Assembly (NCBI GenBank): GCA_945947035.1
Contig: CAMEXD010000005.1
Span: forward strand, 3,122 to 67,121
Source: an uncultured Mycoplasma sp.
GTDB taxonomy: Bacteria > Bacillota_I > Bacilli_A > RF39 > UBA660
Length of the DNA stretch: 64,000 bases
Direction: 5' to 3'
Part shown: piece after piece, positions 1-10,107 of the stretch
How positions within the stretch are numbered: the stretch's first letter is position 1
Layout: every line of letters begins with the position of its first letter
Notes under the pieces: generated by a model
The model's database searches: none
What the model saw: only the letters and a program-made list of their open reading frames with translations
What the model was told of the DNA's origin: nothing
Program-made: the position numbers and the translations under genes

Positions 1-228
1 TTTGTATGTTGTTTAGAACAATAAATATTATAATTAAATTTTACATTTTTATTTTTTAAAAAGAAAATATTACCACTTTTAAATGTAATAACATTCATTA
101 TTTTGCTAAATTCTTCTTATTTTAGAAAATTATTTTCAAATAAAAATAATATATTTCTACAAACACAAGAAATTTTATCTAAAAACGTATTTGATATTAT
201 CAATACAAATTATAATTTATTTGTATTA

Positions 229-606
229 TTATTTATCAACTTTGCTCATCCATAAACCATGTTTATTACAATATGCATATAAAGTTGCGCCTTTTATATA
301 TTTAAATCTTACTTGCGGATCCATTTCTGGATATAGCTTTTCTATATATGTTTTTGTATCAGTGACTAATGATATAAACTCTATATAATGTTCTTTTTCC
401 ATTACATGATTAACTGTAACTGATATTTCATCTTCTACTATTTCATAAGTTGGGACATGTTTTTCAAATGCTGCATCTTCAGAATTTGCTATTAATTTTT
501 TCATTTCTTCTCCACAACATTTTATTCCACATTCTTCACACTCACAATCTTTATATGGAATGATTATTGCTCCACACTTCATACATTTCTTTATCATTAA
601 TTCCAT
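229..606 (-). CDS. dfx: desulfoferrodoxin-type superoxide reductase
   Basis: 125 aa. N-terminal desulforedoxin-like Cys cluster (CMKCG...KCCGEEM). SOR iron-centre motifs EKHVP, NHVMEKEHYIEF and CNKHGLW. Strong RBS AAGGAGGAAATAAA before the ATG. Confidence 0.85.
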   Translation of the reverse strand: MELMIKKCMKCGAIIIPYKDCECEECGIKCCGEEMKKLIANSEDAAFEKHVPTYEIVEDEISVTVNHVMEKEHYIEFISLVTDTKTYIEKLYPEMDPQVRFKYIKGATLYAYCNKHGLWMSKVDK

Positions 607-730
607 TTTATTTCCTCCTTTTAAAAAAATTATTATTTACCTAATTATATAACAAAAAGGGCAAATACTAAATACTTGTTCCTTTATTTATCGTAAAAAC
701 GTATCTAGTAGTAATTTTTTTTAAATACTG

Positions 731-1020
731 CTATTTACCACAACACTGTTTATGCTCCTTACCTGATCCACATGTACAGGTACAGATTGCATTTTCATTA
801 TTTATTGTATTTGCTTTATTATCTATATTTATTAATTCTAAATGACAATACAGATTTAATACATATATTATTTTTAGTACATATAGTATTATTGTAATCT
901 ATTATCGGATGACAAATTAATGAGTTTTTTAACATTTGGTTTGCCACAATAGTTTTTTGGTGTTAGTATGCATTCTAGAATGATAACCTTTTTTTCACAA
1001 AAATTTATAGCATTTTCCAT
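731..1020 (-). pseudogene. frameshifted small SEC-C-motif protein gene
   Basis: The minus-strand ATG at 1020 (AGGAA RBS) reads MENAINFCEKK... for 37 codons and then hits TAA. A different frame continues to ...CTCTCGSGKEHKQCCGK* ending at 731. That tail is the same SEC-C metal-binding tail seen at the SecA C-terminus. Confidence 0.5.
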
Positions 1021-1290
1021 TATTATTCCTGACTTCTTCTAAATTTACTAATGTTATCTTTTCATAATATTCATGATAAACAATATCAAAATTATCTCCA
1101 TCAAATCATCTCCTAAACTTATTTTAAGTATATCATTTTAAAATGCTTTTAACAATTAATCTTCTATAATATTTTTACTTATTATTTCTAAATCTATTTT
1201 TTTCTAATTGTTATCATTCTATCTTCATCCTTCTTTATATAATAAATATTTTATATCAAAAAAAGTATAAACTTTTTCGTCCATACTTTA

Positions 1291-2178
1291 TTAGTTTGTT
1301 ATTAATTTACTCTCTTCTTTTACTTGTTTTTGTAATAATTCCAAATCTTTCATGCTTTTACTATTTTGCAAAGATTTCATTTGTCTTTTAGCAGATTCAT
1401 TTAATCTTATTAATCTTTCTCTCTGTGATAAACCATCTTCAATTAATTCTGCACTTGTATTTTGAAGATTATTTAAAATTACTAAATGCAGTAAATCTGT
1501 ATAATCTCCAATATTCCCATTTTTAGCTAATTCTGGATTTTTATCTCTCCATTGTTTAGCTGTCATGCCAAACAATGCCACATTTAAAATATCAGCTTCA
1601 TCAGAATAAACATATTGTTTTTGACTTTCTGTTAAATTGGGAACTATACATTCCTTTATAGCATTAGTATGAACCACATAATTAACTTTAGATAGAAGTC
1701 TTGTGGCACTCCACTCTAGTTTATACTGATATGCTTCATTAGTTTTTAATCTTTCAAATTCCTTTATTAAATATAACTTAAATTCTGGAGACAACCAACT
1801 AGCAAATTCAAATGCAATATCTGGATGAGCATATGTTCCTTTACTATATTTTCCACTACTCGGAATAATACCAATTGCATTAAAATCTCTTTTCCAACGA
1901 TTAGGCGTCATAGTAAAACGATTGTAAGGGGCTTCAGCAATTTTAATTCTGTGTGATTCCACGGAATTAAAATTTTCGTTATTAAGTTCTTCCCATAAAC
2001 TATAATAATCGAATGAATTTTTATTTGACATCCAATTTCTAATTACTCCAGATGGATCCTCAGGATTTGCTTGTTTTGCTAAATCAGTTAATGAAATATA
2101 ATTAACATTACCAACTCTTAATATTCCTATTTTATTCTCTTTAACTATGATTTCTGTTGTTACTGAATCTTTTTTCAA
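1291..2178 (-). CDS. KilA-N domain DNA-binding protein
   Basis: 295 aa with a TTG start preceded by GAAAGGAGAG. The N-terminal segment ILRVGNVNYISLTDLAKQ...IRNWMSNKNSFDYYSLWE is typical of KilA-N domains. Confidence 0.7.
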   Translation of the reverse strand: MKKDSVTTEIIVKENKIGILRVGNVNYISLTDLAKQANPEDPSGVIRNWMSNKNSFDYYSLWEELNNENFNSVESHRIKIAEAPYNRFTMTPNRWKRDFNAIGIIPSSGKYSKGTYAHPDIAFEFASWLSPEFKLYLIKEFERLKTNEAYQYKLEWSATRLLSKVNYVVHTNAIKECIVPNLTESQKQYVYSDEADILNVALFGMTAKQWRDKNPELAKNGNIGDYTDLLHLVILNNLQNTSAELIEDGLSQRERLIRLNESAKRQMKSLQNSKSMKDLELLQKQVKEESKLITN

Positions 2179-2338
2179 TATTTATCTCTCCTTTCTATTT
2201 AGATTTTAAAAGGTGCCAACACATTATTTCTTGTTCACACCTTTATTTTACTACATATTTTCAATATTTTATTAACAAACAATAAAATTCAAAGCATCTT
2301 ATTATTTATCTAATATTGATTTTTTTCCTTATTTTATG

Positions 2339-2386
2339 CTACTTTCCACAGCATTGCTTATATTTTTTTCCTGAACCACATGGACT
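2339..2386 (-). pseudogene. isolated SEC-C tail remnant (SPCGSGKKYKQCCGK*)
   Basis: The reverse strand reads AGT CCA TGT GGT TCA GGA AAA AAA TAT AAG CAA TGC TGT GGA AAG TAG. An in-frame TAA lies immediately upstream, so only the C-terminal motif survives. Confidence 0.5.
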
Positions 2387-2576
2387 TTAATTCATTAAAA
2401 ATAGAAATTTTATTCCTATATTTTGCTAAATTCTTCTTCTTTTTTGTAAAATATTTCTAAATATATGAATTATTTTTCCATAAATGCTATATTTTGTATC
2501 TAAAAACGTATCTAAAATTATCCTTATAAATTGTAATTTGTCAAGATAATTATAACACAAAATCTAATAAATTATA

Positions 2577-3302
2577 TCATTTATTATTCATTTGTAAATA
2601 TTCTTCTAAACAACGATTTTGTTTATATATTTCTGTTGCCACATCTACTCCTACATACCTATAATGCCATACTTCTTCATTTACACCTGTAATTTCTGTT
2701 TTACCAGCAGGATACCTATATATAAAACCATATTTATAACTATTTTCTTGAAGCCAAAAATATAAATCATAAGTAGCTCCATTAATATCTACTGCAAGTC
2801 CAAGTTGATGTTCACTATATCCTGGTACTGAAACCCACTTTTCTGTTTCTTCTTTTGCCTTTTCTTTAGAATATCCTTTATTTTTATAGCTTTTTATTTT
2901 ATCATCATATAATTCCTTTTGATTTTCATTAGTTCTATAACCAGATACAATTAGTGGCTCTTTTCCCCAATTTTCCTTTTTAGCATCTTCTAACATTTTC
3001 ATAAGTGGTTCATATATTCTCTTATCAACTTTTTCTCCTCCTAGTACTTCTATTAAATCAATAGTATAATTTTCAGGCATTTTATTCCACCTATTTACTA
3101 ATATTAAATTCCAATCTTCAATATTATTTGTAGTAACAGTATTTTTTTGCGCATCCGATATATTGAAGTCTGTATTTGATATTTCCTTATTAATTTCAAA
3201 AATCATATTATATATAACTGTAATTACTAATATTGTCAATAATACTACAACAATGGTTTTCAAAAACTTATTAAGATTTTCATTTTTCTCACTTTTTTTC
3301 AT
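2577..3302 (-). CDS. VanY-family D-alanyl-D-alanine carboxypeptidase (peptidase M15B), membrane-anchored
   Basis: N-terminal TM helix, then SGYRTNENQKELYD and SEHQLGLAVDI zinc-ligand motifs. The start was moved to MKKSEK (ATG 3302) because GAGG lies 8 nt upstream. Confidence 0.85.
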   Translation of the reverse strand: MKKSEKNENLNKFLKTIVVVLLTILVITVIYNMIFEINKEISNTDFNISDAQKNTVTTNNIEDWNLILVNRWNKMPENYTIDLIEVLGGEKVDKRIYEPLMKMLEDAKKENWGKEPLIVSGYRTNENQKELYDDKIKSYKNKGYSKEKAKEETEKWVSVPGYSEHQLGLAVDINGATYDLYFWLQENSYKYGFIYRYPAGKTEITGVNEEVWHYRYVGVDVATEIYKQNRCLEEYLQMNNK

Positions 3303-3440
3303 AATTAACCTCATTCTTTATAAATTAAATTTTTATTGATAAAAAGAACAATCTTCAAAATCAATACAAGTACATTATACTGATTTATAATCCATTCCTC
3401 CTAAAATACAAATTACTATTTGTCTCTCTATATTATTATA

Positions 3441-3475
3441 AAACAAAAGGAACAAATATTAAATACTTGTTCCTT
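3441..3475 (-). terminator. intrinsic terminator downstream of secA
   Basis: Minus-strand hairpin AAGGAACAA-N11-TTGTTCCTT followed by TTTGTTTT. Confidence 0.7.
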
Positions 3476-3486
3476 AAATTATCACA

Positions 3487-3519
3487 AAAACGTATCTAAA
3501 ACGTATCTAAAACGTATCT
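3487..3519. repeat. 3 x 11-bp perfect tandem repeat AAAACGTATCT
   Basis: Read directly from the sequence. Single copies or variants of the same 11-mer occur at 182-192, 696-706 and 2503-2513. Confidence 0.9.
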
Positions 3520-3580
3520 AATGGTATTTTTCTTCCACTTTTGAATGTAGAAAAAGTCTCACAATCTCTTTATTTATGGG

Positions 3581-6070
3581 CTATTTACCGCAACACTGCT
3601 TATACTTGCGCCCCGATCCACATGGACATGGATCATTTCTTCCTACTTTAGTACTTTTTTTAGTTCTAACTTTTGCTGTTTCATCACTTCTATTAGTTCC
3701 AGTAGGTTTTACTACTTCTTTTCTTTCAATATTTTGTCTTATTTCTGCTTTAAGTAAATAAATTGTAATATTCTTATCAATATTTTCAAGCATCTTATCA
3801 AATAATGCAAATCCTTCTTCAGTATAAGCACGAAGTGGATTATCTTGAGCATATTGTCTTAAAACAATACCTTCCCTTAAATGAGACATAGTATTTATTT
3901 GTTCCATCCAATATTTATCGATAATATTTAAAGTAATAACTTTTTCAAATTCTTCAGTTATTTCTTCTGGTAATTCTTTTATTTTTTTTTCGTATTCACC
4001 AACAACTTTTTTATAAATATAATCGATTAAAGCATCAATATCCTTATCTTTTAATTCTTCTTCAGTTAGTTTTTGTTTTAATAAATTGCTATTTATATAT
4101 TCAATTATCTCTTTTAAATTATCCTCTATTATTTTTTCTTTTTCATCAGCATGTTCTTCAACTAAATCTGCAATATGATTATACATTGATTTTAATACTT
4201 CTTCATGAATTGATTTACTATCTAAAATAATATTTCTTCTTTTATAAATGTTATCTCTTTGACTATTCATAACATCATCATATTCTAGAACAGTTTTTCT
4301 CATATCAAAGTTATTTCCTTCAACTCTTTTTTGAGCAGAAGCAACTGATTTAGTAAACATTTTACTTCTTATTGCCATTTCACCATCAAGTCCTGTTTGT
4401 TCTAGAACCATCTTGATTCTATCTGAACCAAATCTTCTCATTAAATCATCATCCATAGCGATATAAAACTGAGTATACCCTGGATCTCCTTGACGACCTG
4501 ATCTACCACGTAACTGGTTATCTATTCTTCTTGACTCATGACGTTCTGTACCTATTACACATAAACCACCAAGTTCTTTTACTCCTTCACCAAGCTTGAT
4601 ATCTGTTCCACGACCTGCCATATTAGTAGCAATTGTAACAGCTCCAACTTGTCCTGCATTAGCGATAATTTCAGCTTCACGAGCATGATTTTTAGCATTT
4701 AATATCTCATGTGGAATATGTTTTGCATCAAGAAGTTTACCGATTTCTTCAGATGATTCAATAGCTATTGTACCTACTAAAACAGGTTGTCCTTTTTTAT
4801 GTCTTTCTGCTATTTCATTTACAATTGCATTATACTTAGCTTTCTTATTAGCAAAGATAAGATCAGGCATATCATTTCTTATAACTGGTTTATTAGTAGG
4901 AATTTGAATAACATACATATTGTAAATATTTCTAAATTCTTCCTCTTCTGTTTTTGCTGTACCAGTCATTCCTGATAATTTTTTGTACATTCTAAACAGA
5001 TTTTGGAACGTAATTGTGGCAAGAGTTTTAGTCTCTTGATTAATCTCTACTCTTTCTTTGGCTTCAATTGCTTGATGTAGTCCTTCAGAAAATGCTCTAC
5101 CATGCATAAGTCTTCCTGTAAACGAATCAACAATTACAATCTTTCCATCTTGAACAACATAATCAACATCTTTTTTCATAGAATAATTAGCATGTAACGC
5201 TTGATTTATAAAATGTACTAAACTTGTATTATTAACATCATATAAATTATCTATATGATAATATTCTTCAGCACGTTTTACACCTTCATCAGTTAAATTA
5301 ACTTTTTTTGTTTTTTCATCTCTTATAAATGTTTCATTTTCTTTTAATCCTTTAACAAATCTATCTGCTTCTAAATAAAGATTTTTACTTTCTAAAAATC
5401 CTCCAGAAATAATTAATGGTGTTCTTGCTTCATCAATTAAAACTGAATCAACTTCATCTACTATAGCATAGTTAAGTGGACGTTGTACTCTATCACTTGC
5501 TTTAATTGCCATATTATCTCTTAAATAGTCAAAACCAACTTCATTATTTGTTGTATATAAAATATCACAATTATATTGTTCTTTTTTTTCAGATGGTGTT
5601 AGTTCTCTTAAATTAAGTCCAACTGTTAAACCTAAAAATTTATAAATTTCACCCATCCATTTACTATCACGTTCTGATAGATACTCATTAACGGTAATAA
5701 TATGTACTCCATCACCTGTTAAAGCATTAAGATATGCTGGTAAAACTGAAGTTAAAGTCTTTCCTTCACCAGTTTTCATTTCAGCTATATTACCATAGTG
5801 AAGAGCTAAACCTCCTAAAAGTTGAACATAAAAAGGTTTTTCACCAATTACCCTATAACATGCTTCTCTAGCAGTTGCAAAAGCATCAACTATTAAATCA
5901 TCTAATGTTTCACCATTTTTTAATCTCTCTTTAAACTCATTGGTTTTATTTTTTAATTCATCATCAGTTAAAGCTTTATATTCATCTTCTTTTGCAATTA
6001 TTTCATCTGCAATTTTATTAAATCTTTTTAATTCTTTATATTCATGATCGAAAATCTTTAATATACTCAT
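3581..6070 (-). CDS. secA: preprotein translocase ATPase SecA
   Basis: Conserved throughout (MKTGEGKTL, DEVDSVLIDEARTPLIISG, TNMAGRGTDIKLG) with the C-terminal SEC-C motif CPCGSGRKYKQCCGK. The start was set at MSILKIF (ATG 6070) behind AGAGGGTG. Confidence 0.97.
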   Translation of the reverse strand: MSILKIFDHEYKELKRFNKIADEIIAKEDEYKALTDDELKNKTNEFKERLKNGETLDDLIVDAFATAREACYRVIGEKPFYVQLLGGLALHYGNIAEMKTGEGKTLTSVLPAYLNALTGDGVHIITVNEYLSERDSKWMGEIYKFLGLTVGLNLRELTPSEKKEQYNCDILYTTNNEVGFDYLRDNMAIKASDRVQRPLNYAIVDEVDSVLIDEARTPLIISGGFLESKNLYLEADRFVKGLKENETFIRDEKTKKVNLTDEGVKRAEEYYHIDNLYDVNNTSLVHFINQALHANYSMKKDVDYVVQDGKIVIVDSFTGRLMHGRAFSEGLHQAIEAKERVEINQETKTLATITFQNLFRMYKKLSGMTGTAKTEEEEFRNIYNMYVIQIPTNKPVIRNDMPDLIFANKKAKYNAIVNEIAERHKKGQPVLVGTIAIESSEEIGKLLDAKHIPHEILNAKNHAREAEIIANAGQVGAVTIATNMAGRGTDIKLGEGVKELGGLCVIGTERHESRRIDNQLRGRSGRQGDPGYTQFYIAMDDDLMRRFGSDRIKMVLEQTGLDGEMAIRSKMFTKSVASAQKRVEGNNFDMRKTVLEYDDVMNSQRDNIYKRRNIILDSKSIHEEVLKSMYNHIADLVEEHADEKEKIIEDNLKEIIEYINSNLLKQKLTEEELKDKDIDALIDYIYKKVVGEYEKKIKELPEEITEEFEKVITLNIIDKYWMEQINTMSHLREGIVLRQYAQDNPLRAYTEEGFALFDKMLENIDKNITIYLLKAEIRQNIERKEVVKPTGTNRSDETAKVRTKKSTKVGRNDPCPCGSGRKYKQCCGK

Positions 6071-6160
6071 ATAATCACCCTCTTTTTTAATTATAGCAAA
6101 GAAAAATAAATATATCAATTTTTTTAATAATAAAAGAAATTAACAATTTTGTTAATTTCT

Positions 6161-7642
6161 CTATCTCACATTTTTATCTTTTAAATCTGGAAGTTGTTCT
6201 TCAATATAAGACATTATATTATTATATATTTCTTCATTTTTTTCTATTACAGCTTTTCTTTTTTCTTCATCAGTTAAAAGTTCTTTTATTCTTTTTACTT
6301 CTTGTTCATTTGGCCTTCTATTGATAATTTTTTCTTTACTTGCTTTATCATTATCACTTTTTTTAACAGTTATATCATAAACATAATAGATGCCATCACC
6401 TAAAATTTCATAGCTTAGTCTTACTGCTTTTCTACTTTTTTTATGATAAGAACCTTTAAGTTCTCCTCCACCATGAAAAGCTTCATAAGCAAAATTAATT
6501 TCTTTTCGTTTTAATTCTTCTAAATAAATTTTTACACTTTCGATATGATTATTATCTTTTAATGAACGCAAATCTTTTTCAACAACTGAAGTTGTTTCAT
6601 CAAATCCTTTAAATATTAAAAGAGCTTCAGTTTTATCTTTTTTTTCTTCAGATTCTTCTTTTATTACTTCATTTATAAGTAATAATATATCATCATTTAT
6701 TTTTTTTACTTCACAATATTTTTTTATTTCTTCTAAATAAGACTTACCCCAAATAGATATATCATTTAAATATGATAATACTTCATCTTTATCCATACTT
6801 ATTATCATACTTTTAATTGTATCAAATATACCTTGAGCATCTTTTGTTAAAGAAATATCTTTTAAAGGTTCTTTATCTTCCAAATTTTCTACTTCTTCTT
6901 GTAATTCTTCGATAACTTCTTCTATTTTTATTTCTTTTTTCTTCTTTGCTTCTTCTTTTTTCTTTATATTTCTAACTGATTTAACTTTTTTCTTTTCTAC
7001 TATTTCTTTTTGTTTTGCTTCTATCTTAGTTTCTAATTTTTCTTCAGATTCTTTTTTATTTTCATCTGTTATTTTTAAAACTTCACTATTATAATCAAGC
7101 AAACTTATTAAAAGATTTGTTTTAACATCACTATCTATTTCTTTGACGCTTGCTATAATTTCAAATAATTTAGATGTTTCAATACCAATATATTTTTTGT
7201 CATTAATTAAATCAATTATGTTTTGTAAAGATTTTTTATATTCTTCTAAAAGGTTTTTATTGATTAAAAGTTCTTTTAATCTTTCTTTTTCTTGTTCTAC
7301 AACTTGTAAAATATCAGTTTCTATATCTTCATATTTAACATATTTTCTAAGACTAGGAAGTATTCTATAATTTGATATATAATATCCTATAAGTTCTTTT
7401 ATATTTTCATGATAAGACGTACTACCTTTGATAAAAATCATACCTCTTAAAAGTTCAAAATCATCAGAATCTAAACTTTCTCTTTCTACCTCTTTTTCTT
7501 TTTTAAAAATATGATTTAATTCTTGTAAACAATAGTTATATGTATTATATAATTCAAGACAATCTTGTTCTTTTATTTTTTCTTCTAATTTTTCTAAAAT
7601 ATCACTAAAAAAATCTTTTAAAAAATCTATTTCTTGGTTCAT
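6161..7642 (-). CDS. hypothetical protein: Glu/Lys-rich coiled-coil with a possible RelE/HigB(Gp49)-like C-terminal module
   Basis: 493 aa, highly charged. The C-terminal ~110 aa (ELKGSYHKKSRKAVRLSYEILGDGIYYVYDITVKKSDNDKASKEKII) weakly resembles the RelE/Gp49 toxin fold pattern. No other motif was recognised. Confidence 0.3.
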   Translation of the reverse strand: MNQEIDFLKDFFSDILEKLEEKIKEQDCLELYNTYNYCLQELNHIFKKEKEVERESLDSDDFELLRGMIFIKGSTSYHENIKELIGYYISNYRILPSLRKYVKYEDIETDILQVVEQEKERLKELLINKNLLEEYKKSLQNIIDLINDKKYIGIETSKLFEIIASVKEIDSDVKTNLLISLLDYNSEVLKITDENKKESEEKLETKIEAKQKEIVEKKKVKSVRNIKKKEEAKKKKEIKIEEVIEELQEEVENLEDKEPLKDISLTKDAQGIFDTIKSMIISMDKDEVLSYLNDISIWGKSYLEEIKKYCEVKKINDDILLLINEVIKEESEEKKDKTEALLIFKGFDETTSVVEKDLRSLKDNNHIESVKIYLEELKRKEINFAYEAFHGGGELKGSYHKKSRKAVRLSYEILGDGIYYVYDITVKKSDNDKASKEKIINRRPNEQEVKRIKELLTDEEKRKAVIEKNEEIYNNIMSYIEEQLPDLKDKNVR

Positions 7643-7660
7643 AAAACACCTTCCTTTTAT

Positions 7661-8770
7661 TTAAACTCTAGCTCTTTTTTTTATAACGTTATTAACAATT
7701 TTGTTAATATCTTTAGTTCCATAATAAGACATTATTTGATTTAAAACCATTTTATAATCAAAACTACTTAAAATACCTCTATAGTTTATATTTAAATTAT
7801 TATTTCTATATCTTGAAAAGCCTTTAGTACTTCCTGTTGTTAGGTATGAATACAAAGAATTTCTAGCAAAATTCTCATCATGATTTTCAATTGTTACATC
7901 TACTGCATCTTCTAATTTACTTATTACATCATAATCAGTTTTATGTGATAAATCTATTTGATTTTTAATATTTCTATTACCTACTACTGAATAATAGTGA
8001 TTTGCAAATACATTAAAGTCATTACTTTTAAGTGATTTTAATATTAATGATCTTATTTCTTCACCATAAATCATATCTTGTTTAGTATTATAAGAATGAT
8101 GATAATTAGTTACAAAATCATAAAAATCATCTGCTGATACATTAAAATTATTATAAGACTTTTTTTGTTTTATATAAGCTGCTAAAAGTTTAGCAACAGT
8201 GTCATTATAAGAATTGTAATTATCAATAGCAAGGCCTACAAATCCTTCTTGAAAACAAAATGGATTAGGGTTTAAATGTCCTTCCTTTAAATAAGGATCA
8301 TTATTTACAAAGTTAATTACTTTTACTGCATCATCTATATTTTTTATTCTTAAAACAACATTATCATTACGCATTTTAGAAGCTACTTTTGACTGATGAA
8401 TAATATTATTTTGTTCACAAAAATCAAATATTTTATTTACGCCATTATAAATATGACTACTTTTAAGGGGAATATATAATTTAACTGGATCACTTTCTTT
8501 TAGAGTTTGACCTTGATATTGTTCATTTATAAATTGACACCAATAAGACCATTTTTCAGTATTAATACAAGTTGTTTTTTGACTTTGAAACCTATTTATC
8601 CACAAAATAAATCTATTTTTGATATCTAAATTTTGTTCATCACCAAGATTATAACTTCTCATGTACTTATAAATTATTTTATAAAAGTCATCATCTAATT
8701 GATTTTTTTTAGCATAATTCATAAGGTTAAATAAAAAAGCATTTATTTCTTGTTCTCTTTCGTTAATCAT
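7661..8770 (-). CDS. hypothetical protein (function unknown)
   Basis: 369-aa intact ORF. Its start overlaps the stop of the upstream 42-codon ORF (ATGATTAA). The segment VKLYIPLKSS...HQSKVASKMRNDNVVLRI is faintly reminiscent of HopA1-like families, but this is not a supported call. Confidence 0.3.
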   Translation of the reverse strand: MINEREQEINAFLFNLMNYAKKNQLDDDFYKIIYKYMRSYNLGDEQNLDIKNRFILWINRFQSQKTTCINTEKWSYWCQFINEQYQGQTLKESDPVKLYIPLKSSHIYNGVNKIFDFCEQNNIIHQSKVASKMRNDNVVLRIKNIDDAVKVINFVNNDPYLKEGHLNPNPFCFQEGFVGLAIDNYNSYNDTVAKLLAAYIKQKKSYNNFNVSADDFYDFVTNYHHSYNTKQDMIYGEEIRSLILKSLKSNDFNVFANHYYSVVGNRNIKNQIDLSHKTDYDVISKLEDAVDVTIENHDENFARNSLYSYLTTGSTKGFSRYRNNNLNINYRGILSSFDYKMVLNQIMSYYGTKDINKIVNNVIKKRARV

Positions 8771-8891
8771 TTGTATCTTCTTCCATAGTAAAATAAGTCA
8801 TAGTATCATCTAAATCATCGCTTAATTTTTTATCAAAAATTTCTTTTTCACTTGGATTGTTATCTAACTCTAAATCATAATCGTCATTCAT
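8763..8891 (-). CDS. small acidic protein (42 aa), first gene of a three-gene operon
   Basis: Absent from the ORF track because it is under 60 aa. Translation is MNDDYDLELDNNPSEKEIFDKKLSDDLDDTMTYFTMEEDTND. Strong RBS GGGAGGATTACTT before the ATG, and the stop overlaps the next start. Confidence 0.55.
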   Translation of the reverse strand: MNDDYDLELDNNPSEKEIFDKKLSDDLDDTMTYFTMEEDTND

Positions 8892-8943
8892 AAGTAATCC
8901 TCCCTACTATAATAAGTATAAAGCAAAATTATTAAAATAACAA

Positions 8944-8969
8944 TAAAAAAACATAGACAAAGCTATGTT
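8944..8969 (-). terminator. intrinsic terminator of ychF
   Basis: Minus-strand hairpin AACATAG-N6-CTATGTT followed by a T-run. It overlaps the ychF stop codon. Confidence 0.6.
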
Positions 8970-10065
8970 ATAAATTAAATCTAAAATGGCAAATATCTCC
9001 ATCTTGCATTAAATATTCTTTTCCTTCAATACGGAATTTACCTTGTTCTTTTACCTTTAATTCAGAACCACAAGAAATTAAATCATCATAGGCAATAACT
9101 TCTGCTTTAATAAATCCTTTTTCAAAATCACTGTGAATAATTCCGGCGCATTCTTTGGCATTCATACCATCTTTATAAGTCCATGCTTTAACCTCTTTTG
9201 GTCCACACGTAAAGTATGTTTTAAGTCCAAGTAAACTATATGTTGCTTCAATTAGCTTATCAAGACCTGATTTGTCAATTCCTAGTTCTTTTAAATATTC
9301 AAATTTATCAGAATCTTCTAGTTCAGATAATTCACTTTCTATTTTAGCAGATACAACAATGACTTTAGCAGATTCACTTTTGACATATTCTTTCAATGAT
9401 TTAACATAATCATTTTCTGTTCCTATTTCATCTTCTTTTATATTTGCTAAATAGATATGAGGTTTTAAAGTTAGAAAATTAAATGATTTTAAAGCAAATA
9501 ATTCTTCTTCAGTAAATTTTACCATTCTTAAAGGTATATCTTTTTCTAGGCTTTCTTTTGCTTTTTCTAAGGCTTCAAATTCTATCTGTGTTTCTTTTTC
9601 TTTTGTTGTTCTTGCTTTAGTTCTTATTTTATCTAACCTATTTGTTATTATTTCTAAATCTGCTAAAGCAAGTTCAAGATTTATAACGCCAACATCTCTT
9701 ACTGGATCAACAGAACCATCAACATGAGTTATTTCTTTATCATCAAAACATCTAACAACTTCTACTATAGCATCTACTTCTCTTATATGTGATAAAAATT
9801 TATTTCCTAATCCTTCACCATTTGATGCTCCTTTTACTATTCCTGCGATATCAACAAACTCAATTGTCGCCGGTTTTAATTCTTCTGGAACATATATTTC
9901 TTCAAGATGTTTCATTCTATAATCTGGAACTGTTACTATCCCTACATTTGGATCTATTGTAGCAAATGGATAATTAGCTACTAAAATATGTTTTTTGGTT
10001 ATTGCATTAAATAATGTTGATTTACCTACATTTGGCAAACCTACAATACCTGCTTTTAAACCCAT
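8968..10065 (-). CDS. ychF: ribosome-binding ATPase YchF
   Basis: [17 protein letters not shown]-loop and a C-terminal TGS/YchF domain ([27 protein letters not shown]). The start was set at MGLKAG behind GGTGGTGA. Confidence 0.95.
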   Translation of the reverse strand: MGLKAGIVGLPNVGKSTLFNAITKKHILVANYPFATIDPNVGIVTVPDYRMKHLEEIYVPEELKPATIEFVDIAGIVKGASNGEGLGNKFLSHIREVDAIVEVVRCFDDKEITHVDGSVDPVRDVGVINLELALADLEIITNRLDKIRTKARTTKEKETQIEFEALEKAKESLEKDIPLRMVKFTEEELFALKSFNFLTLKPHIYLANIKEDEIGTENDYVKSLKEYVKSESAKVIVVSAKIESELSELEDSDKFEYLKELGIDKSGLDKLIEATYSLLGLKTYFTCGPKEVKAWTYKDGMNAKECAGIIHSDFEKGFIKAEVIAYDDLISCGSELKVKEQGKFRIEGKEYLMQDGDICHFRFNL

Positions 10066-10107
10066 AATATCACCACCAACTACTATATTATCATATATTT
10101 TTTTAAA

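Noticed and set aside
1-98. Possible minus-strand ORF (MNVITFKSGNIFFLKNK...) leaving the left edge of the window.
   Set aside because: Only about 32 codons are visible, with no convincing RBS and no recognisable motif. It cannot be supported from this window.
1291-3302. The KilA-N and VanY-like genes as evidence of a prophage.
   Set aside because: No integrase, capsid, terminase or other phage genes are present, and no attachment-site repeats were seen. At most this is a small accessory islet.
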